Assembly (NCBI GenBank): GCA_963847705.1
Contig: CAWKBC010000032.1
Span: 288,001 to 352,000 of the forward strand
DNA length: 64,000 nucleotides
Direction: 5' to 3'
From: an uncultured Pseudomonadota bacterium
Lineage (GTDB): Bacteria; Myxococcota_A; Polyangia; Fen-1088
The translations under genes and the position numbers were made by a program. Shown here piece by piece: positions 18,515-28,276 of the stretch; positions within the stretch are counted from its first letter, which is position 1; each line of letters begins with the position of its first letter. Under the pieces are notes generated by a model. The model searched no databases. It saw only the letters and a program-made list of their open reading frames with translations, and was not told the DNA's origin.

Positions 18515-21004
18515 ATGCTGACCAACGAATTCAGGCGAACGAGCCTCGCCTTCGCTGCCCCGCTCGTGGCCTCCCTCGTTGCCCTTCTCGGATACGGTTG
18601 CTCGGGCAAGATCGGCGGAGGTGAAACGGGCACCGGCAACTCCACCGGCACCGGCACCGGCACCGGCGGTTCGTCCAGAGGCACCGGCAGCTCTTCCGGC
18701 ACCGGCAATTCCTCCGGAAAGGGCACTGGCAGCTCCTCGGGCACCGGAACCGGCAACGCGTCGGGCAGCGGGACCGGAGGTTCGTCCAGCACGGGCGCGG
18801 GAGGGACGACGACCATCACCCCCGACGCCGGCAGCAACGCCGACGCGGGCGGCGTGACGGTCGCTCCGACGACGTTCACGCCTGCCCTGGCCGCCCCCAC
18901 CTGCCGCAAGATCAAGGACCTGCTGGTCGGCATGCCCTGCTCCGACGCGGAGGTGAGCACCGTCGAGACGATGGGACCGGCGGGCCTGCAGCAGCTGATC
19001 ATCTCCTGGGAGACCGGCTCGACTTACCAGCCGCTCTTCCAGGGGAAAATGATCCCGTTCTTCCGCAACCTGTTCCAGCAGGTCGGGTTCACGCCGACGG
19101 ATGACTTCAAGCCGCAGCTGCTCGAGAACGGCGGGTTCGACTTCGGGCCGCTCGGGACGGGCGCGGTCGGCGACGACGTCTACTTCAAGCTGGTGAAGAA
19201 CCTGCAGGACAGCTTCGCGCTGACCGCCTGGCAGATGGTCAAGGAGGGGACGGAGCCGTTCTCCGACGTGCTCACGACCAAGCGGTTCGTGATGACCACC
19301 GGCCTCCTGAGCCTCTACACGCAGATCGAGATGCCGGACGACGAGCCCTACAACTTCAGCGGCGGGGCCAACACCACCACCAAGCTGCAGTGGAAGCTCG
19401 ACTACGTGAACACGATCCCCTTGACCGATTCGCTCAATCCGCAGAGCCCCAACTACATGACCTTCGACGACGAGAAGCCGACCTCGTCGAGCGGCTTCCT
19501 GCTGCAGCCGACCTGCCAGGGGGTTGGCGACATGGTCGGCACCGCCAAGACGGTGGTGACCTTCGGCGGCGCCAGCAGCGGCGGCTTCAGCAACCCGACC
19601 GGCGGCTACGCGCAGCTGTTCCAGCGCCTCATCGGCTACACACCCCGCTACCCGTTCCTGGGACAGCCGGACTGCTGGGAGCACCCGTCGAAGCCGTACA
19701 TGACCGACGCCGATGTCGCCGACTGGCGCTGGGTGACCATCGCGCCCAAGGCGAGCAGCGACGCCTACGTGCAGCCGTACGATCTGCCGACGCTGCGAAC
19801 GCTGACCACGGTGAAGCTGGCGATGCCCCGGATCGGCTTCTACACCACGCCGGCCTTTCTCGCGCTCTGGAACACCAACGACAGCAACCAGCACCGGGTG
19901 ACGATGAACCAGACGTTGATGGCGGCGCTGGGGCAGTCGTTCACCAGCGACAACAACCTCACGCCGCTCAGCGAGGTGGGCCTGGCCTCCTCGCACACGA
20001 CGACGTCGGGTGAGTGCTACGGCTGCCACAAGAGCCTCGACCCGATGCGGATGTTCTTCGGCAACCAGTACGACTTCAACGACCGCAACGACTTCGTGGC
20101 CAATCCGTTCAGCGGCTCGCAGCCGAACCCGCGCCCGGCGGCGCCGCTGCAGGCGGCGTTCGCCTTCGGCGACGTGAACTGGGCCAGCCCCTCGGCGGGG
20201 ACCAGCATGACCGACCTGGGACCGCTGCTGTTGCAGGTGACGGATCAGGACACCACCGACGCCAGCGGTCCCCTGCCGCTGTTCGCGCTCTCGGTCGCCC
20301 AGCAACTCTGCTTCTGGGCCAACTCCAACGCCTGCTCCCCCGGCGACCCGATGTTTCGCGGCGTCGTGGCCGACTTCGTGAGCAGCAATTACAACTTCCC
20401 GTCTCTGGTCAAAGAGCTGTTCTCGTCGGCGCTGGTCACCGGCGCGGCGGCCACCGCCACCTACCCCGCCGACTCCAGCGGCAACGAGACCGTCCCCATC
20501 AGCATCTCGCGCCAGGCCCACTTCTGCGCGGCGCTGTCGAACCGGATGGGCGTCAGCGACGTCTGCGCGCTGCAGGTGGCGGTGCCGACCTCGGCCCAGT
20601 CGACCACGCTGACCATCGCCGGCAGCGTGGCCGCCGACGCCTTCAGCCGCGGCTCGCAGACGCCGGTCACCCCGGCCTACCCCGATCTCTTCTACCGCGC
20701 GGCGACCGAGGAGCTCTGCGAGAACGTGGCCAAGCTGGTGGTCGACGTGACCGGCGGGCCCTACACCAGCAGCACCACCAGCTGCGCGAACGGCGACGGT
20801 CTTCTGACGAAGCTCGTCGAGCAGGTCATGGGGCTCAACCCGGGCGACCCGGCCCACGGCCAGGCGCTCAGCATTCTCGAGACCCACTGCGCCGCCGCCG
20901 CCAAGGCGAAGACGACCGGCGGCGGGTCGGCCCAGACGAACGCCGTCCGTTCGACGTTCGTCCTGGCCTGCGAGTCCCCCTCCTCCCTCGGAATCGGTCT
21001 TTAA
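18515..21004 (+). CDS. Large lipoprotein with G/T/S linker and one CxxCH motif (DUF1588/PSD1-like)
   Basis: GGAGG RBS, LLGYG-C lipobox, GTGTGTGG linker, CYGCHKSLDP. Confidence 0.8.
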   Translation: MLTNEFRRTSLAFAAPLVASLVALLGYGCSGKIGGGETGTGNSTGTGTGTGGSSRGTGSSSGTGNSSGKGTGSSSGTGTGNASGSGTGGSSSTGAGGTTTITPDAGSNADAGGVTVAPTTFTPALAAPTCRKIKDLLVGMPCSDAEVSTVETMGPAGLQQLIISWETGSTYQPLFQGKMIPFFRNLFQQVGFTPTDDFKPQLLENGGFDFGPLGTGAVGDDVYFKLVKNLQDSFALTAWQMVKEGTEPFSDVLTTKRFVMTTGLLSLYTQIEMPDDEPYNFSGGANTTTKLQWKLDYVNTIPLTDSLNPQSPNYMTFDDEKPTSSSGFLLQPTCQGVGDMVGTAKTVVTFGGASSGGFSNPTGGYAQLFQRLIGYTPRYPFLGQPDCWEHPSKPYMTDADVADWRWVTIAPKASSDAYVQPYDLPTLRTLTTVKLAMPRIGFYTTPAFLALWNTNDSNQHRVTMNQTLMAALGQSFTSDNNLTPLSEVGLASSHTTTSGECYGCHKSLDPMRMFFGNQYDFNDRNDFVANPFSGSQPNPRPAAPLQAAFAFGDVNWASPSAGTSMTDLGPLLLQVTDQDTTDASGPLPLFALSVAQQLCFWANSNACSPGDPMFRGVVADFVSSNYNFPSLVKELFSSALVTGAAATATYPADSSGNETVPISISRQAHFCAALSNRMGVSDVCALQVAVPTSAQSTTLTIAGSVAADAFSRGSQTPVTPAYPDLFYRAATEELCENVAKLVVDVTGGPYTSSTTSCANGDGLLTKLVEQVMGLNPGDPAHGQALSILETHCAAAAKAKTTGGGSAQTNAVRSTFVLACESPSSLGIGL

Positions 21005-21017
21005 AGGAGCCTGCCCC

Positions 21018-22460
21018 ATGTCCATCTCCAAGCCAGTGACACGACGGGAAAGCCTCCTCGCCGGGCTCTTCGGGACCGGCTACATCGGCCTGCGCGCCCT
21101 CGCCACCGGGCTGCCCCCCTGGTTCCTGCTGAACCCGCGCCGGGCCACCGCGCAGGATCTGCAGTGCATGCTGAACGCGCAGAACAACAACCAGTATCTG
21201 ATCCTCAGCACCTCCAGCAACGGCGATCCGGTCAACTGCAACTGTCCGGGGACCTACGAGAACACCGACCTCATCCACCCGTCGGTCGACGAGATGACGG
21301 CGACCAAGGTGAGCGTGGGCGGCCAGATGCTGGGGGCGGCGCTCCCCTGGGCCGATCCCTCGGTGACGACCAGCGGCGGCAGCAAGGGGTGCCTCAATTC
21401 GTCGGTGCTGGCGCGGGCCTCGTTCTTCCACTACATGACCGGCACCGTGGTGCACGGCGACCAGCCCAAGGTCATGAAGATGCTGGGGGCGACGGCGGGC
21501 GGCGAGATGATGGTCTCGGCCTTCGCCAAGCACCTGGCGGCCTGCTTCGGCACCGTGCAGACGGCGCCCATCGCCGTCGGCGCGGGCGGCAACGCCGGCG
21601 AGCTGGTCAGCTTCTCCGGGCGCACGCTCCCCTCGATCACGCCGATGCAGCTGAAGACGCTGCTGACGGGGACCAAGAACGATCCGCTGGTGAGCCTGCA
21701 GACACAGCGGGACACCGATCTCGACAGCCTGAACGCGCTCTTCAAGAGCGAGTATCCGGCGGGGAGCGTGCAGGCGCAGTTCCTCGACGCGCTGTCGACG
21801 TCGCAGACACAGGTGCGCTCGCTGGCCAGCCAGCTGGCGACGACGCTCGGCAACATCACCGCCAACGACCTGAACGGCCAGCTGTGGGCGGCGGGCGCGC
21901 TCATCGCCGCCAAGGTGACGCCGGTGGTGACCGTCCACATCTCGATGGGGGGCGACAACCACTCCGACAGCAACCTGCAGGCGGAGTCGGATCAGCACGT
22001 CAGCGGCATCACCGCGATGAACAAGCTGCTGATGAACGACACGGCCAACGGCGTCCTGGCCAGCCTCGGCCTCCTCGACCAGGTGACCTTCGCGTTCTGG
22101 AACGTCTTCGGCCGCAACCTGGCGGGGATCTCCAAGGTGACGTCGCGGACCGGGAGGGACCACTGGGGGAACCACAACGTCTCGGTGATGGTGGGCAAGA
22201 ACTTCAAGTCGTCGGTGATCGGCGGGGTGGCCGCCGACTCGAGCAACGACGGCGGCTACTCGGCCAGCGACATCGCTTCGGCGACGGGCGCGGCGACGAA
22301 GGGGGGCGACATCCCGGCCGCACAGACCATGGTCGCCGCGGCCAAGACGCTGGGCGCGGGCCTGGGTATTCCGGACAGCGTCCAGACGGCCGACTGGATC
22401 GCCTCGGCGGGCGGCAAGACCGTCACCGCCGCGCTCACAACCGTCCCCACGACTGCCTGA
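21018..22460 (+). CDS. Tat-exported DUF1501-like protein
   Basis: AAGGAG RBS, TRRESLL twin-arginine signal, GGDNH, FGR...GRDHW motifs. Confidence 0.75.
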   Translation: MSISKPVTRRESLLAGLFGTGYIGLRALATGLPPWFLLNPRRATAQDLQCMLNAQNNNQYLILSTSSNGDPVNCNCPGTYENTDLIHPSVDEMTATKVSVGGQMLGAALPWADPSVTTSGGSKGCLNSSVLARASFFHYMTGTVVHGDQPKVMKMLGATAGGEMMVSAFAKHLAACFGTVQTAPIAVGAGGNAGELVSFSGRTLPSITPMQLKTLLTGTKNDPLVSLQTQRDTDLDSLNALFKSEYPAGSVQAQFLDALSTSQTQVRSLASQLATTLGNITANDLNGQLWAAGALIAAKVTPVVTVHISMGGDNHSDSNLQAESDQHVSGITAMNKLLMNDTANGVLASLGLLDQVTFAFWNVFGRNLAGISKVTSRTGRDHWGNHNVSVMVGKNFKSSVIGGVAADSSNDGGYSASDIASATGAATKGGDIPAAQTMVAAAKTLGAGLGIPDSVQTADWIASAGGKTVTAALTTVPTTA

Positions 22461-22581
22461 TCGCCCGCGGCGCGCTCGTCGTTGCTGGCTCTCTCCGCCG
22501 GCCGGCCCCGTCACGCAATCGATACGCGACCGTCGCATTCGCGGCCGCCCGCCCGAGATAGATGTGCGCGGGAGGCGCGCG

Positions 22582-23910
22582 ATGTGGAGATCGAGACCGT
22601 TCTTGTTTTGGGCGCTCGCGCTCTCGCTGGCTCCACCGCTGGGCGCCGCGGCGGCGGAGGTGCCGTTCCCCAGCCGCAGCCCCTACGCGAGTGTGTCGCA
22701 GTGGATCGGCCTCACGAACATCACGATCCGCTACACCACCCCGGCGGTGGCGGGACGCCCGCTCTGGGGCTCGGTCATCAAGCCGGGCGCCGTCTGGCTG
22801 GTGGGCGACGGGGCCGCGCCGACCATCGCCTTCAGCCGAGACGTCGTGGTTGGCGAGGCGGCGATCCCCGCTGGCACCTACGCGCTCCTGGCCATCCCCT
22901 CGAAGGGCGACTGGACGATCATCCTCAACCGAGAGACCAAGCTCTGGCGGGCCGACAGCCGCAATCCGGCGCTCGACGTCGCCCGGGTGACGGCGCACGC
23001 CGAGGCGAGCGCGCCGCGGGAACGGCTGGCGTTCGTCTTCTCGGACTTCACCGACGATCGCGCGACCATGGATCTCGAGTGGGCGACCACGCGCGTGCGC
23101 ATTCCGATCGGGCTGCGCACGGACGAGCAGGTGGCGGGGGCCATGCAGACGCTCGACAGCGCCTGGCAGGCGAACGCGGAGGCGGCCCGCTACTTGCTGG
23201 AGAAGAAGGACTTTGGAGCCGGGCTCAAGTATGCGAACCAGTCTCTCGCCCTGCGCGAGACCTGGTACGGCTTCTGGATCAAGGCCTCCTTGCTGGCCGC
23301 GCGCGGCGACTATCCAGACGCCCGGGCCGCGGCCCAGCGCTCCATCCAGCTTGGTCACGACGCCGGGAGCGAGTTCGCCAATGTCGAGTCCACCGTCAAG
23401 GAAGCCCTGGTGACCTGGAGCGCGCCGGGAGCTCCCGCGCCTGCCGCCGGGGCTCCGCAGGAGCGCGGCGACCGGCCGCGCCGTCTCCATCGCACGGGCG
23501 AGGCTCGGGTCGCGAAGGCGCCAGCGCTGTCCGGCGGCGCCTTCCTGGTCGACGGCAATCGGGATCTCGAACCGATGCCCGCGCCCGCTGAACACCGCGT
23601 GGAGGCGCGCCGCGCCGAGACGCCGCGGCCGACCGGCGCCGCGTTCTCCCGGGTCATCAAGCATGGACGCCCGGACCTTCAGCGCTGCTACCAGCGGGCG
23701 CTCCGGCAAGACCCGAACCTCGGCACCGCCAAGGTCACCGTCTCGATCGACGTCGGCACCACCGGCAGGGTCACGAACGTCTCGGTCGCTCCGCCGCTGC
23801 CGACGGGCGCGCTCGAATCCTGTCTCAAGGACACCGTCTCACGCTGGGCGTTCCCGCCCTCGCCGGTCGAGTACGAGACCCAGGTCCCGCTGGCGCTCAG
23901 CGGACGGTAG
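22582..23910 (+). CDS. DUF2911 + TPR + AgmX/PglI (TonB-C-like) fusion protein
   Basis: SPYASVSQWIGLTNITIRY...LWG...IPAGTYALLAIP (DUF2911-like). C-terminal LQRCYQRALRQDPNL...GRV...CL...WAFP. Confidence 0.8.
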   Translation: MWRSRPFLFWALALSLAPPLGAAAAEVPFPSRSPYASVSQWIGLTNITIRYTTPAVAGRPLWGSVIKPGAVWLVGDGAAPTIAFSRDVVVGEAAIPAGTYALLAIPSKGDWTIILNRETKLWRADSRNPALDVARVTAHAEASAPRERLAFVFSDFTDDRATMDLEWATTRVRIPIGLRTDEQVAGAMQTLDSAWQANAEAARYLLEKKDFGAGLKYANQSLALRETWYGFWIKASLLAARGDYPDARAAAQRSIQLGHDAGSEFANVESTVKEALVTWSAPGAPAPAAGAPQERGDRPRRLHRTGEARVAKAPALSGGAFLVDGNRDLEPMPAPAEHRVEARRAETPRPTGAAFSRVIKHGRPDLQRCYQRALRQDPNLGTAKVTVSIDVGTTGRVTNVSVAPPLPTGALESCLKDTVSRWAFPPSPVEYETQVPLALSGR

Positions 23911-23944
23911 CGCGCTCGCCAGGATCGCGGCCCGTCCGCGACCC

Positions 23945-25168
23945 TCAACGCGTCGGCAGCTTGCCCTTCAGCAGATCCGCGAACGTGCCCATTCCGCCAC
24001 CCTTGCCGGAGGCGCGCGCCGCCGCCGCGCGCCCCTCGTCGTCGACCCCCTCCTCGCGCGCCCCCAGCCCCAACGAGATGCGCCGCTTTTCGAGATCGAT
24101 CGAGAGCACCGTGACCTCCAGGACGTCGCCCGGCTTGGCCGCGTCGCGCGCGTGGCGCAGCTGCTTTCCGCCGCCGAGCTCGCTCACGTGCAAGAGCCCC
24201 TCGACGCCCGGACGCAGCTCGACGAAGGCACCGAACGGCTCGACGCGGGTGACCTGGCCGCGCGCCAGCGTCCCGGGCGGCAGCTCGGCCGCCGCGTCTT
24301 GCCAGGGATCGCGCTCCAGCGATTTGAGCGAGAAGGAGACCTGCTCGGGCCGCCGCGGATCATCGCGCTTCTCCACCCGCATCACCGCGACGGTGATCGG
24401 CTGCCCCACGGTCAGCACGTCGGAGGGGCGCGTGTTGCGCTGAAAGCCGATCTCCGAGGCGGGCAGCAGGCCCTCGATCCCGCCGACGTCGACGAACGCC
24501 CCGAAGTCCTTGAGCGCCGTGACCACGCCGGGGAGCACCGCGCCGACCACCAGCTTGCTGCGCGTCTCCGCCGCCTGCGATTGCATCGCCTCTTCCAGGA
24601 GCGCGCGCCGCGACAGCACGACGTTGGCGCCCCGCCGATCGTCCTCGTAGCGGGTCACCCGAAACTCCAGCCGCTGGCCGATGTAGGCGGCCGGATCGAC
24701 GACCTGCCGCAGCTCCAGCTGCGACAGCGGGCAGAAGGCGCGCGTGCCGGCCACGTCGACCTCCACGCCCCCTTTGTTGACGGCGGTGATCACCCCGGTG
24801 ACCGGCAGACCCGTGGCGGCCGCCTCCTCGAGGCCGGTGCGGCCGCCGGCGCCGTGGCCCGCGCCCCGGCGCAGCGAGACGAACCCGGGACGGTCTCCCT
24901 GCGCCACCACCCGCGCCTCGAGCACGTCGCCGACCTCGACCGTCAACTGTCCGCTGGGATCGCGCAGCTCCAGCGTCTCCAGGGTCCCCTCGCCGCCACC
25001 GCCGAGGTCGATGACCGTCACCTCCTGCCCGACCGACACCACCCTCCCGGAAACCCGATCGCCGATCGCAAACGTCGGGCGGCGCGCCTGCTTGCCGTCT
25101 CGTTCGGAGGCCGCGAACATCGAGGCGAAGTCTTCATCCGGCGGTGGGGCTTTGCGCTGGTCGGTCAT
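23945..25168 (-). CDS. Multi-S1-domain RNA-binding protein (RpsA-like paralogue)
   Basis: Four S1 repeats (FGAFVDVGGIEGLL, FGAFVELRPGVEGLLHVSEL) and MGTFADLL tail. Confidence 0.9.
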   Translation of the reverse strand: MTDQRKAPPPDEDFASMFAASERDGKQARRPTFAIGDRVSGRVVSVGQEVTVIDLGGGGEGTLETLELRDPSGQLTVEVGDVLEARVVAQGDRPGFVSLRRGAGHGAGGRTGLEEAAATGLPVTGVITAVNKGGVEVDVAGTRAFCPLSQLELRQVVDPAAYIGQRLEFRVTRYEDDRRGANVVLSRRALLEEAMQSQAAETRSKLVVGAVLPGVVTALKDFGAFVDVGGIEGLLPASEIGFQRNTRPSDVLTVGQPITVAVMRVEKRDDPRRPEQVSFSLKSLERDPWQDAAAELPPGTLARGQVTRVEPFGAFVELRPGVEGLLHVSELGGGKQLRHARDAAKPGDVLEVTVLSIDLEKRRISLGLGAREEGVDDEGRAAAARASGKGGGMGTFADLLKGKLPTR

Positions 25169-25288
25169 CGGGGTGGGGCAGTCTAGCGCGACTCTCCGCT
25201 TCGACCACCTCGTGACCGAACCGGATCTTCTCCCGCGCAGGCTCCGACAGGCAGGCGGGACAGGTGAACGGCTTCGTCCGAGGTCGCC

Positions 25289-26488
25289 CTACTCGGGCAC
25301 CTCGAGCCGGTCGATGGGGGTGTGCAGGACCTGGTTGGCGATCTCGAGCGCGATCCCCGCCGACGTTCCGGCGCCCGCTCCCGCCGCCAGCTCGCTGTAG
25401 CGATCCTCGACCTCTTCGTCGCGCTGTCTGATCTCTGGAGCGATCGTCGCCGCGCCCGGGAGCTCGACCCGCAGCTCCTTGAGGATCATCCGCGCGCCGG
25501 CCGTCACCGGCAGGGCCAGCAGCGCGCCGACGATTCCCATCAGCTCGCCGCCCACCAGGAGCGCGATGGTGATGAGCCAGGCCGGCAGGCGCAGCACGCG
25601 ACCGTAGACCCGCGGCAGGATGAGGCGGTTCTCGATCTCCTGATAGACGACCACGCTGGCGATCACCACCACCACGCTGACCGAGCCGTGCGGAACGGCG
25701 GCCGCCACCAGCGGGATGACGGCCAGGATGCCCCCGATGTACGGCAACACGTCGGTGACGCCGGCGAACACCGCCAGGGGGAGCGGATTCTTGATGTCGA
25801 GGACGCGGAGGAGCACATAGATGACGACGCCCATCAACCCCGAGGTCAGGATCTGCCCGCGCATGTAGCCGCCGACGATCGTCTCGAGGTTGAGCATGAT
25901 GCGCGCCAGCCGGACGTGGAATCGGCGTGGAACCAGGCCGTAGAGCGCAGCCTGGGTCGTCTCGGGATCAGCGAGGATGTAGAACGCCAGCGCCAGCGTG
26001 GTGAGAGCCCACCCGATCCCCGTCACGAGATCCGACGAATAGGAGAGGGCCTGGCTGCTGGTCGGGAGGAGCAGCTCCTGCAGGTTGGCGTTGCGAATGG
26101 CCCCTGCGACTGGCTCCAGCACGCGCGACCGCTCGAGCAGGCTGGCCAGGTGAAGCTGCATGCCGGGCGCGGCCTGGATCAAGCTCTGGGCCTGGGCGAT
26201 GAGCGCGGGGACCGTGACCAGGCCGAGCGCGACGGCGACGCCGACGGCCACCGCGAAGATGACGCCGACCGCGGAGGTCCGGCCGAGCCCCTGGCGCTGC
26301 AGGAACCCGGTGAGGGGATTCAGCGTCCCCACCAGCACCAGCGCCACGACCGACACGACGATCACCGATTTCAGCTGCGCCGCCAACCAGAGGGCGGCGA
26401 GCGCCGCCACGGCCAACACCAGCCGGCGGCCGGTGATGAGGCCGCCCTCGACCAGCGGCCGTCGGTCGTGGGTCGATCCGGGCGTCAT
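25289..26488 (-). CDS. AI-2E family transporter
   Basis: GGYMRGQ, LPYIG, YQEIENRLILPRVYG, GALLALP motifs with multiple TMs. Confidence 0.9.
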   Translation of the reverse strand: MTPGSTHDRRPLVEGGLITGRRLVLAVAALAALWLAAQLKSVIVVSVVALVLVGTLNPLTGFLQRQGLGRTSAVGVIFAVAVGVAVALGLVTVPALIAQAQSLIQAAPGMQLHLASLLERSRVLEPVAGAIRNANLQELLLPTSSQALSYSSDLVTGIGWALTTLALAFYILADPETTQAALYGLVPRRFHVRLARIMLNLETIVGGYMRGQILTSGLMGVVIYVLLRVLDIKNPLPLAVFAGVTDVLPYIGGILAVIPLVAAAVPHGSVSVVVVIASVVVYQEIENRLILPRVYGRVLRLPAWLITIALLVGGELMGIVGALLALPVTAGARMILKELRVELPGAATIAPEIRQRDEEVEDRYSELAAGAGAGTSAGIALEIANQVLHTPIDRLEVPE

Positions 26489-26590
26489 CCGGACGGAAGT
26501 TAGTGCCGCGGCCAATCTCCACAAGGCTCAAAGAACCTGGAGGACACCGGGCCGCCGCGCGGGCGCGCCAAGACCGTCCTTGCCTCGTCG

Positions 26591-27703
26591 GTGATTCGCC
26601 GGCTAGATGGGCGCGTGCGCGCCCCTACCGAACGTTCGTCTCCATTTTCGCTGCAGCTCCCCTCGCCCATTCGCCTCAAGGGCCGGCGCACGGAGCTGGC
26701 GACGCTGACGGCGGCCATCACCAGCGGTCGGGTGTCACGTCTGGCGCTCGTCGGCGGCGGCGGGAGCGGGAAGTCGGTCATCGCCGCCGCGCTGGCGCAC
26801 CAGCTGCGCCGGCGATACCCGGGCGGCGCCGCCTGGCTGCGCGTCGGCGGCTGGGACCACCGGACCCTGCTGCAGATGCTGGCGTTGCAGCTGGGCGTGG
26901 CCCGCGACCCCCTCATCGACAGCGTCCGCCGCGGCCTCACCGCGCGCGGGCCGATGCTGGTGGTGCTCGACAACCACGAGAACGACAAGGCGATGGCGCG
27001 CTTCCTCGACGCGCTCGACGGGGTGCCGGTGACCTGGCTCATCACCGCGCGCCGCTGCCTCCTGGCGGGCGTGGCGATCTTCCCGGTGATCGCCCCCCTG
27101 GTGCAGGCGCGGCGAAACGCCTTCCCGGCCGTCGCGGCGCTGACCAGCCCGTTGCGCTGGAATCCGCTGGCGCTCGACATCGCCGACGCGCTGGTCGGTG
27201 CGGGCGCCTGCACCGTCGACGAGCTCGGCGCCTGGCTCACGGCCGAGGGGATCTCGCGGGTGCGGGTCATGGCCCACGAGGACGACGTCGTGGAGGTCCA
27301 GCTGGTGGTGGAGTGGGCCTGGCGCCGGCTGCCGCGCGCGGCCCAGCGGATGCTGATCGTGCTGGCCCACTGCCTCGGCGACCACATGGACGCGCGGGCG
27401 CTGGCCACGCTGGCCCAGGCCGGCCGCGCGGGCGCGGCGGCGCTGGCCTGCCTGCGGCAATGGCGGCTGATTCAAGAGCCGCTCCCCGATCGTTTCGCGC
27501 TGCACGCGGTGGTGCGTTACGCCCTCTCGGGCAAGGGCACCGTGCCGGAGGGGCGTTATTTCGACTATTACGTGCGGCTGCTCGAGCGCCGGCCCGACCG
27601 GTTTTCGATGGAGCAATCGCACGTCTTTGCCGCCATGGATTACGCCCAGGCCGCGTCTTCGATGGGGAAAATCTTGCGAATCGAGGCGCTGATAGGGCCC
27701 TGA
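26591..27703 (+). CDS. NB-ARC/STAND-like P-loop NTPase, short form
   Basis: GRRTEL, Walker A GGGGSGKS, Walker B LVVLDN, LITAR, NPLAL, LHAVVR (MHD-like). Confidence 0.8.
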   Translation: MIRRLDGRVRAPTERSSPFSLQLPSPIRLKGRRTELATLTAAITSGRVSRLALVGGGGSGKSVIAAALAHQLRRRYPGGAAWLRVGGWDHRTLLQMLALQLGVARDPLIDSVRRGLTARGPMLVVLDNHENDKAMARFLDALDGVPVTWLITARRCLLAGVAIFPVIAPLVQARRNAFPAVAALTSPLRWNPLALDIADALVGAGACTVDELGAWLTAEGISRVRVMAHEDDVVEVQLVVEWAWRRLPRAAQRMLIVLAHCLGDHMDARALATLAQAGRAGAAALACLRQWRLIQEPLPDRFALHAVVRYALSGKGTVPEGRYFDYYVRLLERRPDRFSMEQSHVFAAMDYAQAASSMGKILRIEALIGP

Positions 27704-27871
27704 CGACAGACCAGCAAACCCCTGATTCTCGGGTCCAGTGCTCTCCCCTTGGCGGTTGCCGATAACTATCGTGGTATACGGTCACCCAACCGCTCTGGCC
27801 TCACTTCGGGGTTGTGCGGCAGAAAACGTTTCGCTTCCAGGAAACTGGGCGGCGAAAAAGGAAAAGAGAAA

Positions 27872-28066
27872 ATGCAAAAAGGTACGGTTAAGTTCTTCAA
27901 CACAGCCAAGGGTTTCGGTTTCATCACGCCAGAGGGCGGCGGCAAGGACGTGTTCGTCCACGCCAATGACACCGGCGGCGCCATCCTCCAGGAGGGCTCG
28001 AAGGTCGAGTTCGAGGTCGTCGAGGGAAAGAAGGGCCCCCAGGCCAGCGGCGTCAAGCTGGTGTAA
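27872..28066 (+). CDS. cspA: Cold-shock protein
   Basis: [15 protein letters not shown] (RNP1), DVFVH (RNP2), KGPQA. Purine-rich RBS. Confidence 0.95.
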   Translation: MQKGTVKFFNTAKGFGFITPEGGGKDVFVHANDTGGAILQEGSKVEFEVVEGKKGPQASGVKLV

Positions 28067-28069
28067 TTC

Positions 28070-28130
28070 CGGCACCGAGGTGCCGCGCGCCTGAGGCTGG
28101 TTTGCTCAGGCGCGGCACCCGACGTGCCGC
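28070..28130 (+). terminator. Long GC-rich stem-loop downstream of the csp gene
   Basis: GTGCCGCG/CGCCTGAG arms pair with CTCAGGCG/CGGCAC, with flanking CGGCAC..GTGCCG. No clear U-tract. Confidence 0.4.
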
Positions 28131-28276
28131 TTCGTATTTCACGCTTCGAGAGCTGCGATAGACTGCCCCGCGTGTCGCGGGAACGCCCACCGACAGTCGC
28201 CGTTTCGGTGCTGCGGGCGCCTCCTGGCGATCGGCTGCGGATCTGCGGGGCCGGCCGAGGTAGAAGGGAGCCCCGC

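Noticed and set aside
23945-25168. Primary rpsA
   Set aside because: Only four S1 repeats and divergent sequence with no cmk/ihfB context, so it is treated as a paralogue.
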